DNA of 64,000 bases from Nitrospinaceae bacterium (GCA_023271875.1 JALPWY010000002.1:1251-65250), one strand, 5' to 3'; shown: positions 38,753 to 50,170, numbered from the stretch's first letter. Program-made: numbers and translations. Notes: generated from the sequence alone by a model not told the origin.

Positions 38753-40741
38753 ATGTTCTGGATTGAACTTTATTTAATTCTTCAAATGTCTTTATGGTTT
38801 GTTACCCACTTAGGGCTAAATTTTTCTACAGGGGAACGGAATGCACTTGTGGTGCTATTGGGTTTAGGCATCAAATGCGTCTTAATGTTTATTTTTATAA
38901 TACTGGGGCTTGAACGGTTTCTTGTGTTTCCAGTGGTTCTTTCTATGGGGGTTTTCTTTTTATGTTTTGCATGGACGAAAACCCGTCCCATAAGTTTTGA
39001 TAGATCATCTTTTGAACACTTAAACAGAAAGGGATTCTACGAGTTTTCCGGATTTTGGATTTTACTTATTCTATTAATTTTTAGTCTAGCGAATGCCTAC
39101 TTTTTCCCAATAACAGGTGCCGATGGAGTCTGGCACCATGTAAAAGGCATGGTGTATGCTTTGCCGCTCGTTGATTTTGAGTCAAAACAAATTATTTCCC
39201 AGTTTAGGCAGTATCCACCACTAATCGGGTTGCTTTATGGATGGTTAATTTCAGCGGGGTTTGAAAGAGTTACAATAATTCCCCCCGCACTATATTTATG
39301 CTTTTTGTATATATTTTATTACAGAAGTTACGAGCACTTTAAAAGTTCAACAATAGCTGGTACAGCCACACTTATTTTGGGGACAACGCCTTATCTTTGG
39401 TGGCACAGTTTTCTACCGTTTTTAGATTGGACAGCTGGAGTATTTTATGCTGTGGGGATACTGTACTGGTTTGTGTTGATGAAAAATATTTTAGAGCCAA
39501 CTAAAAGTATTAGCGTCAAGCAAAATAGGTCACTTGCTGTGTTGAGCGGAATCTTCTTTGGGTTAGCCAGTTGGACGCGGCCAGAATTTGTTCTTTATTC
39601 AGCAGTGCCTATATTTCTGCTTATAGCTGCTTTTGATTGTAAAAAAGAATTTATTGACGAGAGAAATCCTATAATTATTCGATTTTCTATAGCGGCGCTT
39701 ATTCTCCCTTCATTATGGTTTGCTGTTCTTTTAAATTTTGAAGGATCATTGGGTAGCATTTTCAAACAATTGATAATAGGTTGTGCTGTTTTATGGGTAG
39801 GACTTGGCTTAGTATTATTTCGCGTAGTCCATTTTACTCCACGGTCTGCTACCATAGTTTGTGTTTTTGCAATTGCTATTTGTTTGATTGGATTATTTGT
39901 TTTTCTTCCATCAGAACTTTCTCCATGGGTCAGATTATCTACTAGATTCTTTCGCTTGTTTGTGGTGCAAATTTTTTTCGCCGGAACGATTTTTCTGTTT
40001 GTTTTTCTTTTTACTGAGAAATTACGTCAACGGCCTCTAGCAGAAAAACATCTAGGCGCCTTTTTATTATTATTTTTGTTGGTCCAGTTCTTTATATACG
40101 CGTATTCTGGGCTCAAATGGCCTACTCTTTCACACTATATTGAAAACACGTTTATCCATCCGGGGAACTCAATCAACCTTTCAGATACACGAGGAACTTT
40201 AGCGATTTACCCCGCGTTCGTGTTTTTTATATTTTGCCTTCCCAGAATTAAGAAAGGAGTTACGTCCGGCCATGTAAAGCGATTTTTGTTAACGACTATA
40301 GTGATAAACTTGATATTGATTTTAGTTGTGTTTGCCGGTCCCAGAGTCAAGTTCATAGCCGAGAACTTTGACAAATCGTACGAACAACTTGCAGAAACTT
40401 CTGGCCCCCCTGATTTGCCCAATCAGTTCAGAAAGACATATCAGGTAGCCCACCAACTTAAAGAACACGTCATAAAAGGGCAGTCTTTGTTCTTGCCACC
40501 TGGCAATCGAGATGGCTCATTTCGTTCTGTAATGACACAGGTTTTGTTTTCACAAAAGCTGATTTTTGCAGATGATCCTTATTTTTGGAGAGACGTAGAA
40601 GAAAAAGAATCTCGTGCCTATGTGGTGAGTCAGCGTGGTGGAGAGGTTAAATTGTGTGACGGAGTGGAGGAAAAAGTTTTAGGTGAGACCGGGTTTGTTT
40701 TATGCCAATTGGATAAATCTCAGTTCCACCTTTTAAGGTGA
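38753..40741 (+). CDS. Polytopic membrane protein, GT-C-like
   Basis: Many TM helices; FPITGADG.WH, YPPL and WTRPE motifs. Confidence 0.65.
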   Translation: MFWIELYLILQMSLWFVTHLGLNFSTGERNALVVLLGLGIKCVLMFIFIILGLERFLVFPVVLSMGVFFLCFAWTKTRPISFDRSSFEHLNRKGFYEFSGFWILLILLIFSLANAYFFPITGADGVWHHVKGMVYALPLVDFESKQIISQFRQYPPLIGLLYGWLISAGFERVTIIPPALYLCFLYIFYYRSYEHFKSSTIAGTATLILGTTPYLWWHSFLPFLDWTAGVFYAVGILYWFVLMKNILEPTKSISVKQNRSLAVLSGIFFGLASWTRPEFVLYSAVPIFLLIAAFDCKKEFIDERNPIIIRFSIAALILPSLWFAVLLNFEGSLGSIFKQLIIGCAVLWVGLGLVLFRVVHFTPRSATIVCVFAIAICLIGLFVFLPSELSPWVRLSTRFFRLFVVQIFFAGTIFLFVFLFTEKLRQRPLAEKHLGAFLLLFLLVQFFIYAYSGLKWPTLSHYIENTFIHPGNSINLSDTRGTLAIYPAFVFFIFCLPRIKKGVTSGHVKRFLLTTIVINLILILVVFAGPRVKFIAENFDKSYEQLAETSGPPDLPNQFRKTYQVAHQLKEHVIKGQSLFLPPGNRDGSFRSVMTQVLFSQKLIFADDPYFWRDVEEKESRAYVVSQRGGEVKLCDGVEEKVLGETGFVLCQLDKSQFHLLR

Positions 40742-41022
40742 CTAAAGAATTTCTAAAATCACTCGTGCATAAACCAGATTTATTGTGTGATTAAAGTGAA
40801 CCAAACCTATTATAAAAAGTAGTATACAAAAGAGAAGAATCTAGAACATTGCATTCTAACAAGGGCTACACAACTTAACCTTTTAAAGGAAGCTTCTATG
40901 GTCAGTGAGCAGGTTATTTATGCTTCCTGAGTGAAAAGAGATGAATGTCTACTCTATTAAACTGGGAGCATCTTTATTTGAAGGATTTCGAAATTGAAAA
41001 TTCGACGAAAATGACCTATTTT

Positions 41023-42123
41023 CTAGCTCTTTTCCCCTAAGCTTTTTTGATAGGCCGTCAGTGTGTCGTGCGCTACGCGGGACCACGAAAAATAAGTTTC
41101 AAGACATTCTTTTGCTTTTAGACTAAAAGACTTTCGGTCCTCTTCATCCCATTCCAAAATTTGGTTAACTTGGGTGACCCAAGCATTAGTATCTTCTGCT
41201 GAAACCAGAAAGCCTGTTTCGGATGGGCGTACCGCATCTTGCAGTCCTTCTATACTAGAAGCAACGCAGGGTACACCGTGAGCAGGTCCTTCCAAGGCAA
41301 CCAACCCGAACCCTTCCGCGTCTGTCTTATCCGGATTGGAGACATTCGGAATAACAATCATTTCGGATTCACTAATCAATGAAGGGAGTTCATTGTCGGG
41401 AACATAACCCAAAAGATTTACACGAGAATTATTCTTCAACATTTTAACCTCGGGACAGTCCCAACTCTTGCCAGCCACATAAAACTTTACGTCGTCAGGC
41501 AAGGCAGGTAATACATTTCTGGCAAACCAAGAAGCTCCCTTACGTCTTACTAAGCGGCCTAGAAATAAAATATACCTTTCTCGGCCTTGCCGTTTCGATA
41601 AAAAAGCAGGAATGTTCTTTTTTAACCTGACACCCAAAGGGATTACAACAACATTCTGTATGTTCAACTCGGAACATATGGTTGACGTATAACGGCTGAT
41701 GGCAAGGAAGCAATTTATCAAATCTTGGCGTCGGACAGCCCATGAAACAAACCGTGAGTAAAGGGCTGATTTCCACCCAGAACGGTTTCCGAAAAGCAGA
41801 TCCAGTCCGAAAACTGAAACGATACGGGTCGTTGAAGGAGCCCACCGAGCGTGCCACCAAGCTAATGAAAATAGAACGAAATCTCCGAAATGTACCACGT
41901 CGAAGTCGCGTCGTGTCCGCCATAGATAAACTAAATTAGAAAATAAGAAATAGACTAATCGCCCTATTCTTGGGGGGGAACCGTCCTTGCTTCCTGAAAG
42001 ACTACGTACTGTGAGGTCGACCTTGTGAGAAAGCTCCTCTGATAGTTCCATGCTATAGACTTCCATACCTCCTATCGCAGGGGCCCACTTTCGAGTCAAA
42101 AATAACACACGTAGTTTTTTCAT
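41023..42123 (-). CDS. Glycosyltransferase family 4
   Basis: PAIGGME, GRLVRRKG, EGFGLVALE. Confidence 0.92.
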   Translation of the reverse strand: MKKLRVLFLTRKWAPAIGGMEVYSMELSEELSHKVDLTVRSLSGSKDGSPPRIGRLVYFLFSNLVYLWRTRRDFDVVHFGDFVLFSLAWWHARWAPSTTRIVSVFGLDLLFGNRSGWKSALYSRFVSWAVRRQDLINCFLAISRYTSTICSELNIQNVVVIPLGVRLKKNIPAFLSKRQGRERYILFLGRLVRRKGASWFARNVLPALPDDVKFYVAGKSWDCPEVKMLKNNSRVNLLGYVPDNELPSLISESEMIVIPNVSNPDKTDAEGFGLVALEGPAHGVPCVASSIEGLQDAVRPSETGFLVSAEDTNAWVTQVNQILEWDEEDRKSFSLKAKECLETYFSWSRVAHDTLTAYQKSLGEKS

Positions 42124-42246
42124 GAAGATTCACTACCTTTCTATAAAGAGGCCTCTCCCTCACTTTTTAAGAAACTTTGGTTAGCTTTCAGGTTAAGTTT
42201 TTGATTACAATGTTCATGCAAAATAGAAATACTACCCCCACACTTT

Positions 42247-43173
42247 ATGAATTTCTCCAAGATCGCAAATTTTATTATAAGCACCATTTTTATCGGCATT
42301 TTCATTTTTCTTATTTATCGGTTAAAAATAGATTTTTATGCGGTCGGGGAAATATCTTTTTTGCAATTCTTTTTATTATTTGCGCTATCCATCCTTACCA
42401 TTTCCACTAACGGTTCCAAGTTAAGGAACATTGTTAGCGTATTTGGTATTCGTTTAAACGCGCGGGAATGGTTTGGAATTTCCTCACTTAATATCACTCT
42501 GAACAACGTATTCTTCAAAGCGGGTTCTCTCGCAACCTCCAACTATTTAAAACGAAAATACGATTTCCCTTATATGTCCTTCGTGGGTTCCCAAGGGGCC
42601 GACCAATTAATTCTACTATTGAGTAACGCCATTATGGGAGCTATAGTCTGCCAATACATTGTTTCCATTCAGGGCAACGATTTGCAATGGATGGTCGCGT
42701 GTTATATTGCTCTGGCAGTAGCCTTGATTCTGTTAATGCAGTGGGAGTTTAGGGGGGTAAGTACCGAATCTCGACTGGCGGATGCTCTCCGGCGAGTGCG
42801 GGACTCCCTTGTCGGTATTTTTAAGAACCGACGCCTGTTTTTCATTTTATGTGGGCATAACGCTACCCTGATTCTTCTAAACTCATTCCGATTCTACGTC
42901 TGCTGCTGGGTACTTCAATTGGATGTTCCCTTCACCCACTGTCTTTTGTTCAACACTGCTATGACTTTCCTTTCCGCCGTTCCGCTTCTCCAAAGTGATA
43001 TCGGAGGGCGAGAGATCTTAGTCGGGCTTTTATCTGAAGCTATCGGGTCAGGTTTCAACACTGGTTTGACGGCCACCGCAGTAGATCGCATTTTTCTTTT
43101 GTTGTGGGCTTTTCTTTGTGCCGTCGGATGTAAAATGATCTTCGCTCCTTTCCACCAGAGTCATAAAATTTGA
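42247..43173 (+). CDS. Flippase-like (LPG synthase TM / UPF0104) membrane protein
   Basis: About 8 TM helices; P....IGGRE and DR motifs near the C-terminus. Confidence 0.7.
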   Translation: MNFSKIANFIISTIFIGIFIFLIYRLKIDFYAVGEISFLQFFLLFALSILTISTNGSKLRNIVSVFGIRLNAREWFGISSLNITLNNVFFKAGSLATSNYLKRKYDFPYMSFVGSQGADQLILLLSNAIMGAIVCQYIVSIQGNDLQWMVACYIALAVALILLMQWEFRGVSTESRLADALRRVRDSLVGIFKNRRLFFILCGHNATLILLNSFRFYVCCWVLQLDVPFTHCLLFNTAMTFLSAVPLLQSDIGGREILVGLLSEAIGSGFNTGLTATAVDRIFLLLWAFLCAVGCKMIFAPFHQSHKI

Positions 43174-43399
43174 AAAATTTTAACTCTCCTTCCAGCCTAG
43201 GCAGTAAAGGGGATATTTGGTTCCTTTCAGAAAACGCAGAGGAGATTCCATGCAGTTTGCCACGCCTATATTGATTTTCAGTAATTCAAGTGTTCGATCC
43301 ACTGTAGTTATAATAATTCCTCGCTCTTCTATATCTCTATGAGTTATTGGGCATAATTAGAAAAAATATCATGGTCGCTCCTCCGATTAGTTCATAGAA

Positions 43400-44347
43400 C
43401 TAGTCTTTAGATTCGACTTCTTTTTTTTTGACCCTGAGTTGTATGTCTTCAAGAAGTTGGCGGTTTATGGCTATGAGTTCAGCGGCAATTCCCATCATAA
43501 TAATCTGAAATCCAACAATGAGTGTAATAGCGGATAAGATCAGAGACTGAATGTGACCTTCAGTCTGTCCTTGGAAAAAGAAAAAGAGGTATCTACAACC
43601 AATTGCGAATCCAATCAGAAATATAGTTCCTCCAGCAATGGTGAAAAGCTTCAAAGGTCGGTACATGGAATAAACTTTGAGCATAGTAACCAGGGTACGC
43701 CGCAAGTAAACCTGGATACTGGGAAATAAACGCGATTCCCTCAGTTTTTTATTAGTTCGGACTGGAGTATGCTCAATAGCTAGATTTTTGTTACCCGCGC
43801 TGATTATGGTTTCAACTGTATAGGTAAAGTCGGAGATAACATTCATTTGAAGCGCGGCCTCCTTGCTGTAGGCTCGAAATCCGCTAGTTGCATCGGGGAT
43901 GGTTGTGCCAGAAAGTCGTCGTACAGTCCAACTCCCTAATTTCTGTAAAAGTATTTTAATGGGCGAGAAATGACTAATGGTTTCGACTTGCCGATTGCCA
44001 ATCACAATATCAGCTCTCTTATCCAGGATAGGTTTTACGAGTTTTTCAATATCCCCACCAAAGTACTGATTGTCAGCATCGGTGTTTACGATAATATCTG
44101 CTCCAAGTTTGAGGGAATGGCTTATCCCAAAGATGAATGCCTTTGCCAGACCCTTGTTATTGGTCAACCTCAGGACGTGATGTGCACCATGTTCTTTTGC
44201 GAATTCTACCGTCCGGTCAGTGCTACCGTCATCTATGATCAATACTTCAATGTCATCTATTCCATTCAGAGATTTCGGTAAATCCTTCAAGGTTTCTGGA
44301 AGGGTTTGCTCTTCGTTTAAACAGGGAATTTGAATAATAAGTTTCAT
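43400..44347 (-). CDS. GT2 polyprenyl-phosphate glycosyltransferase with C-terminal TMs
   Basis: IPCLNEE, DDGSTD, TDADNQY, DATSGFRAYS, two TM helices. Confidence 0.92.
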   Translation of the reverse strand: MKLIIQIPCLNEEQTLPETLKDLPKSLNGIDDIEVLIIDDGSTDRTVEFAKEHGAHHVLRLTNNKGLAKAFIFGISHSLKLGADIIVNTDADNQYFGGDIEKLVKPILDKRADIVIGNRQVETISHFSPIKILLQKLGSWTVRRLSGTTIPDATSGFRAYSKEAALQMNVISDFTYTVETIISAGNKNLAIEHTPVRTNKKLRESRLFPSIQVYLRRTLVTMLKVYSMYRPLKLFTIAGGTIFLIGFAIGCRYLFFFFQGQTEGHIQSLILSAITLIVGFQIIMMGIAAELIAINRQLLEDIQLRVKKKEVESKD

Positions 44348-44360
44348 AGCATAGATTCAG

Positions 44361-46004
44361 CTAGTTTTTTTTTGATGAATGGTTGTCTAGTCTATAGACA
44401 GTAACCTTATCGGTATTGGTGGAAGAAGGTGAACGAAAAAGATGAATTTGTATGTCGTAGGTATTATTGACACGCATCGAAGGAACATTGAGCTCTATCT
44501 TGGAGTAGGGGGACTTACTTAGAATTTCCCGAAGATTCCGGGCTATTTTTGAAGACGAGTTTTCTTTGACGGTTTCCCTATAATCTCCTCGAAGAACAAT
44601 CCAGTCAGGCGCATCTTGTGCTTTTATGTCATCTCGGTGAATGACTTTCATCCCAGTATAATAGGCCAAAGATTCAGGCTCATTATCAATATAGCATGAC
44701 TCTCCTGAGTTACCATTTATTTTAAAGAAAGAAACAATTTCGTCAAGCGGCCCTTGATAATCATGGCTAACTTCATATATGTAATCGAAGTAAACTGATT
44801 TGAATTTAATTTCTCGCATTAAGGTGTCATAAGCATTTCCCAAGTAGGGGCTTTTCTGGAACCAGTTGGGGCGATCTTTTACTATCGATTTTAATGGAAA
44901 AAAAAGGCAAATATGAACCAAGTTGGAGGTAATGAGAAGAGTCACTAACAGACTCTGTGCTAAAAGGTATTTTGGAAAAATGTTTGCGATCAAAATGGCT
45001 AAAAGAAGGAAAAATAGGGGAAAGCTAGCACTTATGTATTGTTGGATCGGCATGGCGTGAGGCAGGGCTGTCAGCAATACGGTTAGAATGCACAGCAAAA
45101 GAAGGCTAACTTGTTTGGTAAAAGGCCTAAGTTGTCTTAAAAAAAGCAAAGGTATCAAAATAAAAGGAAAGATATAATTGTTTACTTGGAACAGGAACCC
45201 TAAAAACCTTTTAATGTAACCATGCCATGATAGGTCAATTAGCCTACTCCAGGAAGCGAGGTGCTGGGTAACTTTTGAGAACATGGGAGAGATGAAGATA
45301 AGCCAGGGAATGCAGAAAATTCCAGTGATCCCAGCAGCCCAGGCGGCCCGTTGTCGGTTCTCAGGTATAGTTTCCTTGTAGTGAATAAAAAAATGAATTA
45401 ATACCCCTACGATCATCCCGGCAAACTCCACATACATGGTATGAAAAAATATTATAGAAACCACTGTTAGTGGTAAGGGGTTCCATTTTTTATTTTTGTA
45501 TATATCTATGTAAAAGCTCAAGAGTAGGACCGAGAGCAAAATGGGGAGCCCCACATATCGTGCGGTGCGAAAATAAATCAAGGCAGGTATAGAGGAGGCG
45601 AGTAAAAAAGCAGCCAAAAAAGCAATAAATTGTCGACCAGTGAATTTAAGGGCGAACCGGTATAAAAAAATAACGGAAAGTACACCGCATAAGGCGAAAG
45701 GGAGCCGAGCTGCAAAAGTGGTTTGGCCAAAAAGAGACAAAGAAAATGCTTGGATGTAATACGGAATCCAAGGGCGGTAAACAAATAAGCCGTCATGGGC
45801 ATCGGCCCATAACAAAGTGTAATTGATCCCATCAGAGTGTCTGGGAAAACCGAATTTGAGGAGATTTGTGGTAATGAAGGTGTCATTGCCTTCATCTACT
45901 TGCAGAACGTTGTCACCAAGGCCAAGAAAAATCATTAAGGCCGAATAAATAGTCAAGAAAAAAAGCGGAAAATACTTAAATAGAGAGGGTTTAAGAGGAT
46001 CCAT
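44361..46004 (-). CDS. GT-C (ArnT/PMT-like) glycosyltransferase
   Basis: First-loop VDE motif, FG.TTFAARLP, R.ARY. Confidence 0.8.
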   Translation of the reverse strand: MDPLKPSLFKYFPLFFLTIYSALMIFLGLGDNVLQVDEGNDTFITTNLLKFGFPRHSDGINYTLLWADAHDGLFVYRPWIPYYIQAFSLSLFGQTTFAARLPFALCGVLSVIFLYRFALKFTGRQFIAFLAAFLLASSIPALIYFRTARYVGLPILLSVLLLSFYIDIYKNKKWNPLPLTVVSIIFFHTMYVEFAGMIVGVLIHFFIHYKETIPENRQRAAWAAGITGIFCIPWLIFISPMFSKVTQHLASWSRLIDLSWHGYIKRFLGFLFQVNNYIFPFILIPLLFLRQLRPFTKQVSLLLLCILTVLLTALPHAMPIQQYISASFPLFFLLLAILIANIFPKYLLAQSLLVTLLITSNLVHICLFFPLKSIVKDRPNWFQKSPYLGNAYDTLMREIKFKSVYFDYIYEVSHDYQGPLDEIVSFFKINGNSGESCYIDNEPESLAYYTGMKVIHRDDIKAQDAPDWIVLRGDYRETVKENSSSKIARNLREILSKSPYSKIELNVPSMRVNNTYDIQIHLFRSPSSTNTDKVTVYRLDNHSSKKN

Positions 46005-46172
46005 AGACTAGCTTTTCAATGCAAAAGCGATATGAAAAAAGCTTAAGTGATTATGGATTATATTCGATAAGTAATAGAATTTAAAATAAATTACGTGATC
46101 GGTTCCTGTGATCCTTCTAGTTTTCCACAAACGAACTATTTTCTCTCCTCTTACCCTATACGTTTGTTGACC

Positions 46173-46976
46173 ATGGTGACTACTGAAAAAAATTATACGA
46201 GCCAGGCAATACCTTCTACGAAGGCTAGTTTTTTCTTTAGCCAGAAGCCCGACAAAAAAGAAGTCACTCCAAAAATATCAGTCGTGATTCTGGCCTATCG
46301 AAGCGGCGAAGGGATCCGTAACTTCATTGAATCTATGATTCAATCCCTGGAAACACATGAGCCGGATTGGGAAATCATCCTTGTTGCCAATCACTTCGTG
46401 GATGATGGCGATCCGACACCATGTATTGTGAATGAAATAGCCCAGAGTCACCCTCGGATTCGTACTGTGACCCGCATCAAAGAAGGTATGATGGGATGGG
46501 ATATGAAAAGTGGTCTGGAAGCCGCCACGGGACGGATACTCGCAGTGATTGATGGAGACGGCCAGATGCCCTTCGAAAATGTAATTGATGTTTACAAAAA
46601 ACTCAGAGACGAAGATCTGGATCTGGTTAAAACGTTTCGAACTCAACGCAGTGATGGTCTCTATCGAAAAACTATTTCCGTAGTGTATAATATTATTTTT
46701 AATATTTTATTTCCTGGTCTCAAAAGCAGGGACATCAATTCAAAGCCAAAAATCATCACCCGCGAAGTTTACGATCGCATGAATCTAAAGTCTAATGGTT
46801 GGTTTATAGATGCAGAGATTATGATTCAAGCAGGAAAAATGAATCTAAAAATTGGTGAAATTCCTACCGTATTTCACCGAATCGATTTTCGTCCCTCGTT
46901 TATCAAATTCAGGTCTGTTTGGGAGTTTTGTGTAAATCTTCTCTGGTATCGTTTTTTCAACAGGCCCATGATATAA
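46173..46976 (+). CDS. GT2 (DPM synthase-like) glycosyltransferase
   Basis: DGDGQ, RDINSKPK, WFIDAE; start at ATG 46173 is tentative. Confidence 0.88.
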   Translation: MVTTEKNYTSQAIPSTKASFFFSQKPDKKEVTPKISVVILAYRSGEGIRNFIESMIQSLETHEPDWEIILVANHFVDDGDPTPCIVNEIAQSHPRIRTVTRIKEGMMGWDMKSGLEAATGRILAVIDGDGQMPFENVIDVYKKLRDEDLDLVKTFRTQRSDGLYRKTISVVYNIIFNILFPGLKSRDINSKPKIITREVYDRMNLKSNGWFIDAEIMIQAGKMNLKIGEIPTVFHRIDFRPSFIKFRSVWEFCVNLLWYRFFNRPMI

Positions 46977-46993
46977 ATAGGAGGCGGAGTCCA

Positions 46994-47710
46994 TTGCAAA
47001 AAGATTCCATTATCCTTCCGATAAAGGCTTTCCTCAAACAATACCCAAGGCTAACTCGTTTTCTTGCCAATTACGTCGACCATTTCTATGAGGATTACTC
47101 TGCTTACAAGGTATTTCTTCAAAGTAATAGAGAAAAGACGTATAAACTGAATTTAGGGTCGGGAGCAGATTCTGTCGCAGATAATTTTCTGAATGTGGAT
47201 TACTCTCATTTGAGAGGTGTTTCTCTGCGTGCAGATGTACACCACCTTCCATTTCTGGGGGGATCGATCGATGCGGTACAGTGCATGCAGTTAATAGAGC
47301 ATGTTAAAAATCCAGAGCGAATGATAGGAGAAATTCATGATGCTTTAAAACCGGGAGGGGAAATCTTTCTTACGGCACCCTTCATGTATCCTTATCATGA
47401 AGCTCCGATCGATTTAAATCGATGGAGTCAGGAGGGGCTTCGGAGCCTTATGAAAGAGTTTTCTCCTATCCAGATGGGTGTCCTTGGAGGCCCTACCGCT
47501 ACCCTTGTTGAGGCTTTTCACGGGTGGCTATCTATTCTTTTTTCTTTCAATTCAGATAAGTTATACCAGACCATTTATCTTTTGTTACTTCCTTTTTTGA
47601 AGCCTTTGAAAATAATCGATCGAGTTTTTTTAAATAAATACAGCAGTTCTCATCGACTGGCAGCAATGGTTTATTTTTATGGAAAAAAAAGGGACAGTTG
47701 TAGTCAATGA
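46994..47710 (+). CDS. Class I SAM-dependent methyltransferase
   Basis: LNLGSG, DVHHLPF, EHV.NP, LKPGG, PF.YPYHEAP.D; TTG start after GGAGG is tentative. Confidence 0.85.
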   Translation: MQKDSIILPIKAFLKQYPRLTRFLANYVDHFYEDYSAYKVFLQSNREKTYKLNLGSGADSVADNFLNVDYSHLRGVSLRADVHHLPFLGGSIDAVQCMQLIEHVKNPERMIGEIHDALKPGGEIFLTAPFMYPYHEAPIDLNRWSQEGLRSLMKEFSPIQMGVLGGPTATLVEAFHGWLSILFSFNSDKLYQTIYLLLLPFLKPLKIIDRVFLNKYSSSHRLAAMVYFYGKKRDSCSQ

Positions 47711-48630
47711 TATTGCCAACAAAACTCTCCTTATCAAAAATCACAAATACGCTGCTGGTCACCGGGGCTTCCAGCGAAATGGGAAGCGCTCTCATTCGGC
47801 AACTGTTAAATAATTCTGACTTAAAAATCAGGGCGATGGTTCACCGCTCTTTGGTGAATGTTTCTGGCTGTGAAATAAGGCCGGGCAATCTAAAAAATAA
47901 GGGCTTGTTGGTTCGGGCTCTCTCTGGGGTTGATACAGTGGTTCATATGGCGGCACTGACCAAAAGTACAAGAGAGTCAGATTATTTTGAAGTCAACGTT
48001 AGCGGAACCAAAAATCTTATAGATGCCTGTTTAGAGAGTGGGGTAAAAAAAATCATATATATCAGTTCTTCAGCGGCCTCGTTGAATGGAGGAGGGTATT
48101 CTCGCAGTAAACTGGAAGCGGAGCAATCGATTAAGAAATCTGGAATGAAGTGGTTGATTCTACGTCCGTCGGAAGTGTATGGTCAAAGGGGGGGTGATTC
48201 CATCAATCGGCTGATTCGTTGGATTCAAAGATACATCTTTGTTCCTGTGATAGGTACCGGGACATGTAAACTCAGTCCGGTGTTCATTGACGATGTGGTA
48301 TCCGCAATAGCGTCCTCTATTTTTAATAAAGAACTTGAAAATGAAACCATAGTTTTGGCTGGCCCTGAAGAGTTGACTTATGATGATTTAGTAGATCGTG
48401 TCGCAGCATATTTTGGGGTGAAAAGGTTCAAACTGCATTTACCAGCAGGCCTTATCAGGTTTTGCATAACTGTAATGCTAAAGTTAGGAATGAATATTTT
48501 GGTGCCAGATCAAATTTCACGACTCCTTTGTAACAAATCGTTCAGTATAGATCTTGCCAAGGAGAAGTTAGATTATTCACCTCGCGTTCTGGAAGAGGGG
48601 ATAAACAATACTACCGCCAGTAATGACTAG
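47707..48630 (+). CDS. NAD-dependent epimerase/dehydratase family protein
   Basis: LVTGAS..MG, HMAA, YSRSK, LRP..VYG. Confidence 0.88.
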   Translation: MILPTKLSLSKITNTLLVTGASSEMGSALIRQLLNNSDLKIRAMVHRSLVNVSGCEIRPGNLKNKGLLVRALSGVDTVVHMAALTKSTRESDYFEVNVSGTKNLIDACLESGVKKIIYISSSAASLNGGGYSRSKLEAEQSIKKSGMKWLILRPSEVYGQRGGDSINRLIRWIQRYIFVPVIGTGTCKLSPVFIDDVVSAIASSIFNKELENETIVLAGPEELTYDDLVDRVAAYFGVKRFKLHLPAGLIRFCITVMLKLGMNILVPDQISRLLCNKSFSIDLAKEKLDYSPRVLEEGINNTTASND

Positions 48631-48638
48631 GAACTTTG

Positions 48639-49771
48639 TTAAAGCGATTGGTACAGATCCAAATACTGTTTGATAATTTCTTCCCACCCGTAAAGACTAC
48701 GCACTCTTTCTCTTACGACTTTTCCCATTTCTTTACGCAGGCTTAGGTCGGTGAGTTGAGTGATACGGTCCGTCAATTCTTGGTCGTCACCGTTGAAAAG
48801 AAAACCGGTTTTGTTGTCCGTGATTATTTCCTGGGCAACGCCAACGGGTGTTGAGATTATAGGCAAGCCAGCCGCAGCCGCTTCAAGAATCGGTTGCCCA
48901 AAATTTTCATAAAGAGAAGGATATACAAAAATATCTCCCTTGCTATACCAGTTGAAAAGTTCATCTTGTGCCACGGGTCCAATGAAGGTAACTCGGTCAT
49001 TAATATTTAAGGATCCGCATAATTTCTTTAATTCATCCAGATATCCCGACCTTGACAGGCTGGATGTCTTCTCCTCTCCGCCCACAAGGGTGAGATAGAA
49101 AGGAATAGATAGCTTTGCGACTGCTTGAAGAAGTATTTCAATCCGGCGGACACGGGCGATTCTTCCTACAAAAAGAATATTTATCGAATCCTCGTTTTGT
49201 CTAACCGGTTTATTCATATAGTCATCAACGTCAATTCCCATAGGAATCACATGCAGTTTATCTTTTTTGATCCCAAACTCGATCGCGTCTTCGTATTCAA
49301 GCTTTGAAGAGACAACCACCGCGTCTGCACTTTTCGCAGAGGCTTTAAAGGTCAATGCGTCGTATAGTTTGTAAGGGGTATGCTGGTTGCTGGGAAGGTA
49401 TTTTTTATACCCAAGAAGCGAGCCGTGGGTATTTAAAACTTTTGGCTTTCTTTTTAATTTGGCAAAAAAAAACCACAGTCCGTTTGAAAATTCCGATAAT
49501 TGTGCGCGTGTAGAATGTCAAAGTTGTTCAGGTGTGGGATCATTCCAGGGGTTACGGTGTAACGCATAAAACGGAACCACTCCGGTATACGAGTTACCTT
49601 AATATCATCTATTGTTTCAAGAGAGGGTAGATGTGGGTCGATATCAGAGTATGAGGTCAAAACAGGTGATTTGACGTTGTGTGAGTGTAAGCGACGAGAG
49701 ATTTGAAACGCCTGATTCACAGGCCCACATACGTAGGGCAAAAAAGTTTCTATGGTTCTGAGTACGATCAA
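48639..49771 (-). pseudogene. Glycosyltransferase family 4, split by a frameshift in a T9 tract
   Basis: The 5' ORF ...DCGFF joins AKLKRKPKVLNTHGS...ENFGQPILEA in another frame. Confidence 0.85.
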
Positions 49772-50166
49772 AGTTTTTCCAATTTTGATTGGTTTCGCTC
49801 TAAAGAATCCAGACCGATTTGTTCTTCCAACGATTGTTTTTCGCTATGTAAAATCCCCATGTGCTGCGTCAAGGTTCTCACCTGGTTGGTCAGCGCAGAG
49901 ATGCGGATAGAAAAATGAAGACAGATGGTCACCAAAAAGACCAGACCGAAGAAAAAAAGCGTCGAGGTGAACAGGGTAGCTCCGACCAGGTTCGAGACCC
50001 AAACCAGGAGGCCCTCTGAAATAGAAAGAATTAACATCATGGACCCAGCTATTAGCCATCCCATGGAGTATTCTTCACTCAAGTGCCGTCGCCTGACGAG
50101 CTCAAACACGTAAGCTACAAGGAAAATACAGATCAGAATCGCAATTATCCTAATTCGTGGTGGCAT
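49768..50166 (-). CDS. DUF2304 family membrane protein
   Basis: LVRRRHL.EEYS..WL, three TMs and a C-terminal coiled coil; paired with a GT2 gene. Confidence 0.85.
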   Translation of the reverse strand: MPPRIRIIAILICIFLVAYVFELVRRRHLSEEYSMGWLIAGSMMLILSISEGLLVWVSNLVGATLFTSTLFFFGLVFLVTICLHFSIRISALTNQVRTLTQHMGILHSEKQSLEEQIGLDSLERNQSKLEKL

Positions 50167-50170
50167 AATT

